A stretch of DNA of 64,000 bases. It comes from Cirrosporium novae-zelandiae. Taxonomy: Eukaryota. The position numbers were made by a program, and so were the translations under genes. Shown here one piece after another: positions 51,691-62,523 of the stretch. How positions within the stretch are numbered: position 1 is the stretch's first letter; each line of letters opens with the position of its first letter. The stretch covers positions 62,001 through 126,000 of the forward strand of contig JAPETS010000044.1 of the NCBI GenBank assembly GCA_026023565.1. Direction: 5' to 3'. Below the pieces are notes generated by a model. That model did no database searches and was not told the DNA's origin. It was given only the letters and a program-made list of their open reading frames with translations.

Positions 51691-51965
51691 ATGCACAAGA
51701 GGTATCCACCAACATCCTAGTCCCACGGGCACCATCTCCTATCAGATCTCTATTCATTTCCGATATGATTGTAGGAAGTATAATCTACACTGCTTGGATG
51801 TAGGCAAACTAGCCGAAATGATTGATCATGTCACCATATGCAATATTATACTTGACGTCGTGGGTATGACGGGATTGCCTTTGGATATAGGATGTGGTTA
51901 CTACATCCTCATCCACCACAAAATACTTCTTGAGCAAAAGGTTATTATTTAGTATACCCAGCAAC

Positions 51966-53987
51966 ATGCCACAACGCACTCAGAGTCTCGATGCCGAGCA
52001 GGCGCAATTTGATCAGGATGTAGCAGACATCAAAGCGTGGTGGAAGACTCCTAGACAAGCTCATCTCAAGCGGTACGCCTCACCTGATATTTTAATCAGT
52101 ATTACATGTCTAACAAATAGCACAGGCCATACGCAGCTGAAAGAATTGCTGCTATGAGAAACACTGTCAAACAGCACTATGCTTCCAGCGACCAAGCTCT
52201 CAAATTATGGGGACAATTGAATGAGCACTTGAAGAATGGGACGTACGAAATGACATTTGGAGCTACAGGTGAGAATGTCATATGAATTCAAATGTTTACA
52301 GTTGCTAATTCTCATTAAGATCCCATAATGGTCTCTCAAATGGTGAAGCATCAGCAGGTCAGTCACTGGGAAAATAATAAATAGTCAAAAACTACAAGTG
52401 ATTAATCACATGGCTTCTACAGACTGTCTATGTATCAGGCGCTATATGCGGTCTTTCTGAAGTTTCACACTTAGGGATGGACCACGCCGATTATCCCTGG
52501 GACACTGTCCCTAAAACCGTTGACAGAATATTCCGTTCACAGATGTGGCATGACCAACGCCAACATCATTTCAGGATGCTTCACAAGAAGGAACATCGAG
52601 ACAAACTTGAGAATTGGGATTACTTGGCTCCCATTGTCGCTGATGGGGATATGGTGAGTTGATTTGCATTTCTATATTTCCATAGACACTCCTAACCCTT
52701 GTTGTATAAAGGGCTTCGGCGGTTTGACTTCGACAATGAAGTTGGCCAAGGCGTTTGTTGAAGCCGGTGTAGCCATGTTCCATATTGATGATCTCGCGAT
52801 CGGTAAGATTTACAAGTTTTATTTCTATGTGCTCCAGAAGCTGATCCAAGGTGGTAGGCCTAAAGAAGTTCACTGCCGGTCAGGGGAGAACAATAGTTCC
52901 AACAAGCGAATACCTCTCACGTCTTACTGCAGCACGCATGCAATTTGATATCATGGGGGCTGAGACCGTAAGCTCTGCAAACTTCTGAATTTCATCCAAG
53001 AAACCGATTCTCTAACGACTGGTTAAGATGTTACTTTGCCGCTGTGACACGGACCATTCTGAGTTTATTACATCAGTAATAGACCCCCGTGATCACAAAT
53101 ATGTCATTGGAGCTACTGTAGACATCAAACCCCTGGCTCAAGTCCTTGAAAAAGCGGCTGAATCTGGAAAAGCCAACCTCAATACGGTGAGGTCTGACTG
53201 GATGAAATCCGCTGGTCTCGCAACCTTTGACGAAGCGGTGAAAATTGAAGCTACTGAAGATCAATACCAAAGCTACATGACCGAGATCTCAGACCGCACT
53301 GTATCCCTAGCAGAAAGGCGAGCCATTGCAAAGAAAGCGCTCAGCAAGGACGTCAAATTCGACTGGGAGCTCCCGCGGTCGAAAGAGGGCCAATACCTAT
53401 TCAAATCCTGCGTCACAGCAGTCATTGAGCGAGCACTTCTTGCTGCCCCTTTAGGAGACGTAACGTGGGCTCGAATGGACGCACCCGGTAAGCCATACCC
53501 CTATCTACTCTAACCCCAGCCATCTAACCAAAGAACCTCCAAAGTCTGGACCGACATCCTCGAATTCCACACCGAAGTACGAAAAGTCTACCCGAACCGC
53601 CTCTTCGCCTTTGGCTACACGGGAAACTACCCCTTTGCTTCCAAGGGCTTCTCCCCAGCCGAAATCTCCTCCTTCCCTTCCGACCTTGCCAAGCTCGGCA
53701 TCGTCTGGCAAACACAACCGATCTGGGCCGCTCAGGGGGTCAACCTCCTAACAAACGGGTTTGCAAAGATGTGGAGGGAGGAAGGGATTGAGGGGTATAT
53801 TAGGGAGGTCCAGGAGCCGGCGATGGCGACGGAGCCAATGACGGATGGGTTTGAGAAGTTGAGCTGGTGTGGGGCGTATCTTGCGGATGCGTTTTTGGAA
53901 ACGGTGGCGGCGAGGGATGGGGAGGAGGGGGGGGTGGATGTGAGGATTGCGGGGGATGGGGTGTTGGGGGTTAATAGGAAGCGTTGA
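51966..53987 (+). CDS. Isocitrate lyase-superfamily protein with a non-canonical active site, multi-exon
   Basis: Collinear with fungal ICL: IKAWWKTPRQAHLKRPY, TVYVSG, DHADYPWDTVPKTVDRIFRSQMWHD, YLAPIVADGDMGFGG, IDPRDH, LAKLGIVWQ, YIREVQEP. The catalytic KKCGH is replaced by KKFTA. Confidence 0.9.
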
Positions 53988-55054
53988 GCGGGAGTTTGAA
54001 ATCCAGACAGAAGAACAGTGATACCAGTGTAACCAGTCCCTAACGCTCTTGGAAATCGAACCTAGCCTGGTATTTATGGTATCCGACACCAACTTGTATG
54101 CCACCACAGGGACTAGTTATCATCGCTACTTGATAACGTATCACCTAGGCAAAAAAACACACTCAGGATTGTGATTATAAATAAAAACCTCTCAGAAATT
54201 AAACCAAATAAATAACACACAACCCTCCCACGCATCCGTATCCTTATTTCACCACGATGAACTTTTCCAGCACAGCACTTACTTCACATCTCTATCTTTA
54301 AAGACACGATGCATTTTTACTACTGTAGGCTTTTTGTTGTTGGTAAGGCATTCTCTACAAGCCCGGTTGGGTTCCCAACATGGCTAATGAATTAATTAAT
54401 TACAGCAGCTCCCTGCTGCCGATAAATCCACCCCCACATGTTCTTCTCCACACTCTAGCCGACACGGAATTTAAAATTTAAAACTAATTAGGCGATGGAC
54501 TATTTAATTTCCCCCCCCCCCCCGGATAATTACACCTAACTTAAACTTAACCTCACTGCTACCACCAACAAAGAAAGGTATATATATGTAATACATACTT
54601 ACATACATACAAGAGCTTCAACGAATTAAATTATTTTTCTTTTCGTTTTCTCAACTTTCGACAAGGGTTACAGATACATCTACAGTAGAAATGAAAAAAA
54701 AAGTGATCAAAACCCAAAGATGGAGAAACTGGGAAAATGTGATCTTCGGGAGGCCTTTGGAGTAAAGTCGACTTTTCAATACTGGGTTTACTTTGAAGGA
54801 CTACTACCTACTTAAAGAGATAAAGAAAATTTTGATTTTGGCTTGAAGGCCTCCTTAAGGTCCTTTTTTTTTGATACATAATAAGACTATGAATGAAGCT
54901 AATATATAAGTTCTAGTGTTGGCCCGAAATACCGTATATATTTTGTATGAATTGTCTCTATGCTCCCAAAGGCTACTTGCTCTAGGTTGTCATCGAGTTG
55001 GGGGTTTAGCTCCATGCGTAGCGTGCGTTTGCTTACCGTTTGCTTACAAAGAAA

Positions 55055-56866
55055 TCAATATGACATATCTGCCGTTACATCGTCATAATTACTAGGGTAT
55101 GTGACGCCGTTTGTTGCTTCGCTACCCCAACTGGAATCATTTTCGATTGATGAGACGGTTTGCTGAGGAACGCTCAAGGCCTCATTAGTGATCGCACCTT
55201 CATTAAGTGCGGTGGTTGGCATTGAGAATTGATCAGGGGCCTCGATGGGCTTTTGCTGGTGATTCATTTTTCGAAAAGGCTGTCTGGCGCTTGAAGTGGA
55301 CGACGTAGACGACCTGTCGCGTTTTTGAGCTGGGAGACTGTCAGAACTGATATTGGAGGCCATCCATGGATCCTTCAAACACTCAGCTGCCGTTGGTCGC
55401 CTCTCAGGTTTGTCTTGCATCATTCGATCAATAAGGCTGAGCGCTGGTTCTTTGGTGCCTAGAACCATCCTTCCACGAAGCGATGAGGGAATATCTAGAA
55501 TTAGCTCCTGAAAAACTTTACCCAATGCCCAAATATCAATAGCATTGGTGTACACGAGCCGCTGGTCTTGCGCGACTGTCTCTATTCCCTTGCGCTTTTG
55601 CTTCTGAAGCTCTTCCGTCCTCTTGTTGACCTCTATAACCTCAGGAGCGATGTAGCCGTCGGTTCCACAGAAGGTCTTATGCTCGGAATTTATGCCTGCA
55701 AGGCCAAAGTCTGCGAGCTTGATGGCGGGAATATCCGTTTCAGGATCCCATTTTGTCACTAATATGTTCTGAGGTTTCAAGTCCCGATGCATAAATCCCT
55801 CGCCGTGAAGGTATTTGAGGCCTGATAAGGCTTGCCGGCCGATAGATCGGACACATGGAAGAGACAAATATGAATTGCGTTTGCTGTTTTGCCTAGCTTT
55901 CCGTTGTGTATCAAGGTCACTGACGGCAAGCTCCATTACGATACATATCTGGCCGGTAGGGATTTTGAAGGCACGCTCGTATTTTATGATATTCTCCTTT
56001 TTGAATATTAGTATACAGCACAGGAGAAGCACGAATTAACTCACATGACAAAGGCTGCTCATTATATTGATCTCTTTCATTCCCATATTTCCATCCCCAC
56101 TAAGGATCTTGATGGCGAAAACTTTCCCGTCTTTGATATTCACGGCTTTGTGAACCTCCCCGAAAGCGCCCTTGCCAAGGATGGCCGAGCTTTTATGCTC
56201 AGCGCCAATCTGTGGATCGTCTTCTCGAGTAGTTGCCATGTATTGGGCATCAGGGAAGCCAAGCCTTTTAGCATACTGTTCATAGTTGAACTGATGCTCT
56301 TTGGCGCAGGTGCTGATATTTGGAAACTCGACTATGAATTGAAACTTCTCTCCACAATGAATGCTTGTGCCAGCCATGAGAAGTAAGGACTTCTGCGCTC
56401 TTAAAACGGCAGATCCAACTCTTATTCTGTCCAAGGCCGTGATCAAAAGCGCGCCACTATTGAAGTTGTAATGGATTCGAAAGTAGGCTTTTATCGTTTG
56501 TGTGCCATAGTAGGGTACTTTGACGTCGGAGCTAGGCGCAGATCCGAATTCGAATCCTCGAGCAGGTAGTTTTGCGGTAGATTCGAATCCAAGTCGAATA
56601 ACTCTTAGAGTACTGGGATACATGCCTGGCGTGCTTTCGCGAGATACTCTTCCGTGATTGTGTGAAGAATTGTCATAAGGAGAGAGGTGTGTCGTAGGGA
56701 GAAGTTCGGGGATTCCATCTAGGGGGGTATCAACAGGTTCGGGGGGTGGGGTGACTTTGAAATTATAAAGCTCGTTATTGGGGATATCTAATACCTCGAT
56801 ATCTTCTGGTGTCCCTGGTCTGAGATATAGAATAGTTTGGGATACAGAACTGCCTGAGTTTGCCAT
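55055..56866 (-). CDS. Ser/Thr protein kinase with degenerate N-terminal FHA-like region; one intron (~55998-56044)
   Basis: GKGAFGEV, FAIK, KEINIMSSLCH|ENIIKY, HRDLKPQNILV, LADFGLA, TFCGTDGYIAPE, DIWALG are all intact. N-terminal GFEFGS..SDV...FRIHYNFNSGAL is FHA-like. Confidence 0.88.
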
Positions 56867-57710
56867 TTTTAGGAAATGCAAAAAGAATCGCGAGAAGGGC
56901 AGGCAGGGTGTGGAGAAAGGAAAAGGCTGAGCAACTGGTTGTACAGAGTAGAGAGAGTACCATCGAGAGCTGGGGGATTCTGTCCATTTTATCATCCCTC
57001 CTACCATTCCTGGACGTGAGACGTGAGGCTTAGCAGGCCAATGGATGACCTTAACTAACCGCGAGGCTATCTATCCAACTACAGACTTGCTCAGCTTTCA
57101 ATAGCCCTAAAGAGATTATTGGCTAAAGACCCTAGTATATATATTTCGATTTAATTGGTACTGATGTTATATTGTGTAACGATTTAAAATTATGCTATGA
57201 AAAATATGCTAGCTATGATAGTGTATTCCACCACAATAGCCTTTGAGATGATTCCACGTGGACCACGCTAAGAAAAACTAAACTTATTCAGATAATTATG
57301 CAGTTTATGTTGATGAAATTACATCTTTCACAGCTAATCAATCCATCTAATCTAATCTTGAAGAGATCTCTGGTCATGTGATTCCTTCAATTATTTTTGA
57401 CCCGATCGCTTAGTTAATAATTAGTCTAAATCGTAGCCTAAGGCAAAACGGCGTTTCTGTTTCCCGCCTCCAACTCTAATGTCATCCTCATTTCGTCATG
57501 AATATATCCTTCGACTAGCCTTGGTTCACTACAAGTACAAGTACCCATGTCGCTTTACAGCAACTATCAACCAACCCTCCAAGTGTTATAAACAGTGGGA
57601 TTTTGCTCCTCTCTCTTCCTGTGACCAGCAACAGATGGCCATGTTTCCCAACCTTGAATAATACGATACACGAATCAATACTCTGGTCACGGCGGCTACA
57701 AGCAGAAGCC

Positions 57711-59777
57711 ATGGAGCTTGACTATGAACGAGATGATTCACCAAGTATTCCATCCTTTAAAATCTGTGAGAAGGCAAAGAAGTTTGGTGAAGAGATGACA
57801 ATGGAACAGGAAGAGGAAGATGCGTTGGCCATTGAATTCGACTACGATGGTTCACAGTTAACACCGGAGCAAAGACGGGCCATTTTCATGAAGTGGTTCG
57901 CCTATCATTTGAAAGATAATGGTCTTCGATCACCACAATACTTTGAAGACAAATCGCAATGTCTCTCTATTATGGAAACCGTCTGGCCAGGTGCAGTAGG
58001 CTATTTCAAAGCTAATAGGTTGAAGCGCGGCTATATAGACCCAGAGAAGCTGACGGCACGACTACGTGAGTTGAAGCCGTCCGACAATTTCGAACTCCGC
58101 AAGTTTCGCCATCCTCCTATGTCATGGAAAAGTCTTACACCACTGAGAGAAAAAGGCTTTGAGAGATTTCCACCTGACCCAGACTGGCTAATCATGCAAT
58201 TGACCGACGTGAACTGTATGCGAAGACGATTAGGGAATCGGTTGACTGATAAGTATCAGCGGGAAATAAGGGATCGGTGGAACGCAGTCGAATCCGGCGC
58301 GGAACTGGAACCTTCTCCTGATTTGCATTTATTGAGAGATATGGGGCATAGTCCGGGCGGAACACTCTTCCCTTGGTACCTGGTCAAGGGACTTATGGCA
58401 TTGCATGATCATGCCTACGACGAGGGGTGCGAACTATACGATGAAGAGTATGACAGTGCAACGGTCAAAAGAGAAGAGGCGATTATTCGCTGGAGGAAGA
58501 GAAACCCCGATTCGATACTGGCAGATGATCCGGTTTCTATTTATGGGACTTGGCCCGCGGATTTGATGGATGAGCTGGATGAGATAGACCGGGAGGCCAT
58601 CCGATGCGGAAGGAGAAAGTACGTAGCCCTCCTCAGAGAGACGGGAGAGAAGATGCAGGCACTGGTTGCCTTCTGGAGAGACTGTGGGCTTGTTACCGGA
58701 CACAGGACCCCACCCTCACCTTGGTGGCAAGATCCCAAGGCCAAAGCGGAGCGGCTCCCCAAGCCACAATATTTGAAGGAACGATTGGATGCCATCAATA
58801 CAGAGTTTGTTCATTGGACTGACAAGGCTGAAAAGCTAAGAATGATCGAAACATCACACTGGATAGAGACAGTTATCAACACTCATTCCGAGCCTGCTGC
58901 ATCTGATACTCCCTTCCCACAACCACTGCTTGATGAACTGGATATTGTGTGGCGGGACCGTGATTGGCTAGATCATGACGACACCGAAGATGAAATGATC
59001 GCCCGAATACGTGAATGGAGGAATTCGAAACACCGGCAACGTCTTAAAGAGGAACTTCGTACGTCACCGCAGCTTGGTTCAGATGCTGGCCCAGAAGAAC
59101 CGGTTCAAAAAGCAACAAATCGAGGATATTCCGGGCAAAGGAATCTGTTACGGGACAACGTATCAGGTCCAGCCATGGCGCCAGAAGAAACACGGCAGCT
59201 CCAGGAAAAATTATCCAAAGGAACACGCCGTCGGCTCCAGACGAAGATTACGATGGTAGAGGACCAGACGATCTGGCAGGGGAGGCTTCGATCTAGGACA
59301 AATCCTACGATGGAAGAAGGCCAGACGATCTGGCAAGATAGACTTCGGCTCAGGCGTAGCGGAGTCAGCGCTTCACGCGAGAGCCTCAACCCGGCACATA
59401 AACCGACAGGAAAGCCTAAGGGCATCGTAAAACAATATCGCAGGAATGCATCGAAGAAGCAGCAAGTAGTCACGAAAGGTCAAGCCGCCACCGCCAATAT
59501 ACAGAAGGCAGGCCCGCCTCACCTAACTAGTACTCAGCCGCAATCTCATTTCAACGAACGCTCTACCCAAGCAATACCTCATAGTGCCACAAAGTCTAGA
59601 AGAACGAAGGACTTGAGACGTCAGTCCCTTCGCCAAGCCAATGCGGTGCAAGCACAAGGTGCACAAAAGGCCTGTAGCACCAAAGAAAGGCAGTCTTGCA
59701 GGCTCACGAGCGCTGCGCTAACGACAAAGCGTAACCAAGAGCTTTCCCGCCTCCTTACGCCACCCCGATCAGAGTGA
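57711..59777 (+). CDS. Hypothetical intronless protein (~688 aa) with internal repeats and a basic disordered C-terminus
   Basis: Uninterrupted ORF (57603-59777, first good ATG 57711) with coding-like composition. No family was recognised. Confidence 0.7.
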   Translation: MELDYERDDSPSIPSFKICEKAKKFGEEMTMEQEEEDALAIEFDYDGSQLTPEQRRAIFMKWFAYHLKDNGLRSPQYFEDKSQCLSIMETVWPGAVGYFKANRLKRGYIDPEKLTARLRELKPSDNFELRKFRHPPMSWKSLTPLREKGFERFPPDPDWLIMQLTDVNCMRRRLGNRLTDKYQREIRDRWNAVESGAELEPSPDLHLLRDMGHSPGGTLFPWYLVKGLMALHDHAYDEGCELYDEEYDSATVKREEAIIRWRKRNPDSILADDPVSIYGTWPADLMDELDEIDREAIRCGRRKYVALLRETGEKMQALVAFWRDCGLVTGHRTPPSPWWQDPKAKAERLPKPQYLKERLDAINTEFVHWTDKAEKLRMIETSHWIETVINTHSEPAASDTPFPQPLLDELDIVWRDRDWLDHDDTEDEMIARIREWRNSKHRQRLKEELRTSPQLGSDAGPEEPVQKATNRGYSGQRNLLRDNVSGPAMAPEETRQLQEKLSKGTRRRLQTKITMVEDQTIWQGRLRSRTNPTMEEGQTIWQDRLRLRRSGVSASRESLNPAHKPTGKPKGIVKQYRRNASKKQQVVTKGQAATANIQKAGPPHLTSTQPQSHFNERSTQAIPHSATKSRRTKDLRRQSLRQANAVQAQGAQKACSTKERQSCRLTSAALTTKRNQELSRLLTPPRSE

Positions 59778-62290
59778 GATCCAAGTAGTCAATTGAGCCT
59801 CGCGACTGCCAAATTCCGACGCAAAACACGAATTAATCGACACCTCGTAAATAGCCCACAAGGTCAGCTAAGAAATCTACGCTGCGATCGAAGCTCTGGC
59901 AGGTTTTCCCCGGTAGATACAACGCCAGGACCTCACTGACACGAGCAAACACCAAGAGTGTGCCGCCAGACGATATCACCTTTGATCGATGATATGAGAG
60001 GGATATAGCTAACACCTTTTAAGTGCGGACTACTACCTTAACACCTTTACTGCTTAACAGGGCTGCCACTACTCTAGCGCTTCTCTAGCAGTTCGTTGAG
60101 AACTACCTCCCTCCCAGCCCAAGATATCAAGGAAGAGACATCATGGTGACACGGTGGCAGACAAGCATAGATTTCTAGAACGAGGCCCGAATTCATCAAA
60201 ACGTCTCATCAAAACCACGAGTAAATTTAGATGCAGATTATTACTTGACGGCTTTCCTTCGGAGATCCATGGATAGGTATCGGACTCTGGAGATGTCATG
60301 CACGACTTCGAACTCTATGATCCTAGAAGTGCTGATATGATAACCTCGCAATTCAGCACACTTAAATCTCGCGCACACCTCACATCTAAAATTATTAGGA
60401 GTTATTCGATAGCCTTCCGTGGTACATGGTACCTATCAATTAGACATAACCTGAAGATTAAAAAATCGCCGGAACGGGTCCTCATAACAAGACTCAACAT
60501 AGCCACCCTCTACCAGGTGCCGTTTTCAATCCCCATAACGACCCAGCCTGTTAACTGGACGGCTGATAACCACATGCATTCTATTTTACGAGGACTATTT
60601 TGGGCCCTATGATTCTTTTTCATATCGAGTCAAATACGCAGCATTCGAACTGGACAACACGTAGCACCTACTACAGAAGCTTTCGGCAACCACGGCAGAT
60701 AACAGTAAACCACGATGCCATAGTGGAAGTCAGGCACTCTATAACCATCGACCTGGAATCAAGCGACGACGATACCCAGGAACCGAGCGTGAAGGAACAA
60801 AGTCTCATGGCGAAAATATTTATGCGCTGGACTATTTCAGTATTAATTATCCATTGCTCCCTCTATATGTGCTAAGTCCGCCTACGGCGTGAAGACAATT
60901 AGGAGCCGCGCTAGCTCTAGTGGGATGTCTTTTTAGCTATACAGGATCATATTTACCAAGACAGGGACCCAAATACTTGCCAGGGCCTTCGGTCTGAATT
61001 GATGAAAGTGCGACGAGATAACAAGCGACTACAACGAGAGATTAGCAGACTACGAAAACAGCGTATCCGGGATAAGGCAATTATCACCCATCTAGCAGCA
61101 TCCTACCGTTAAGGGGCCTAATGAGAGGTCCTAGTGACCACAAACATGATGGTATGAAGGAAAATGACATAAAAATCCTTTCGCAAAGGAAGAGAAGAAG
61201 AATTATAAATGAGAGTGGCAACGGCAACCAAAGCGACAATCGCGAAACGGATACAAGTCCGGACAAGGAGATAGAACTAGATCGAAGCAGAAATAAAGGA
61301 TAGAACCTGTGTTTTAAGAACACTGCTGAGATGCTTCAAACCGAAATTCCTCTAGCTACTGTTTGTGTTTCTATAGACTTTCATTTTACCATTCCTCTTC
61401 AATATAGATTTAATTGGCGTTGCAATATGGACAGATTTCTTTTTCTGGTTTCAAAAGGGCCTTTAGACCTTCATTATATATTCTTCAGATTTAATAATAG
61501 GCTAGGCAGAGGACAGACCAACCTATTGAGATATATTCTTGAAAACAAAATTTCAATCTATAAAACTATTCAGTTCTGGTAAAAGTAGCTGCAGCAGTAG
61601 TCGTCTATATACGTATAAGATGCATGATTTTTTAATAACCCACACGTAAAGCAAACTAAAGAAAAATCATCATATCACATACTCAATCCATCCATCCATT
61701 CCATCCTAATACCCCACCTCATCATAAAAATCACAAAAAAATCATACTTTAAGTGGGATTATGCAACGATAGGAACCAGTTCTGGATAGGACAGGTTAGG
61801 CATCGGACTCCATGTCCGACGACGAACGACCTCGGTCCCGGCCCCGGATCCCGATTCCGATCCCTATCCCTATCCCCGATTGCCGAGTTCACACCCTTGG
61901 CCCTAGTCCCCTCCCAGGCCCCCTCCACTATCTACCGTACCTACCTAGGTATCTATCTCCAGCTATCTATAGTGAGGGTACTAGAGTAAGTGCAAGGTTA
62001 TGTATGTGGTGTTGCCCACATCCCACATGCCAATCTAATCCAATCCAATCCAATCCACCGTGCTGGACGATAGCTATTAATATTAAAATCAATGCTAATA
62101 TCAGTATCAATATCTTTAATCCAGGCAACCTCTCGTGATCGATCTGTCGATTCAATTGATGCATGGGATGTAGAGATAGCTAGGTACGTAGGTAAGTAAA
62201 GGGAGATAGATAGATAGGTAGATAATGATATACACGCACATACATACTTAGTACACGCATGCATGTGGATTAGCTCAAAGATACATTCAT

Positions 62291-62350
62291 CCTCGTCCTC
62301 GTCCTCGTCCTCGTCTTCGTCTTCGTCTTCGTCCTACTCCGTCTTCGTCC
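62291..62350. repeat. Hexamer microsatellite (CCTCGT/CTTCGT)n
   Basis: Seen directly upstream of the MFS gene. Confidence 0.9.
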
Positions 62351-62523
62351 TATACTCTATCCTATAGAATTAGTTTTTCGATATTTTATCTCTCCTTCTC
62401 TCTCCTCGTTCTTTCTTTCTTTCTCTTTGTTTTGTTTATTTATTATATTATAGGATATAAATTTCCTACCTGTACCACACTATATACACATCCTACACAT
62501 ACCGACCCCCAAACCAACAAACC

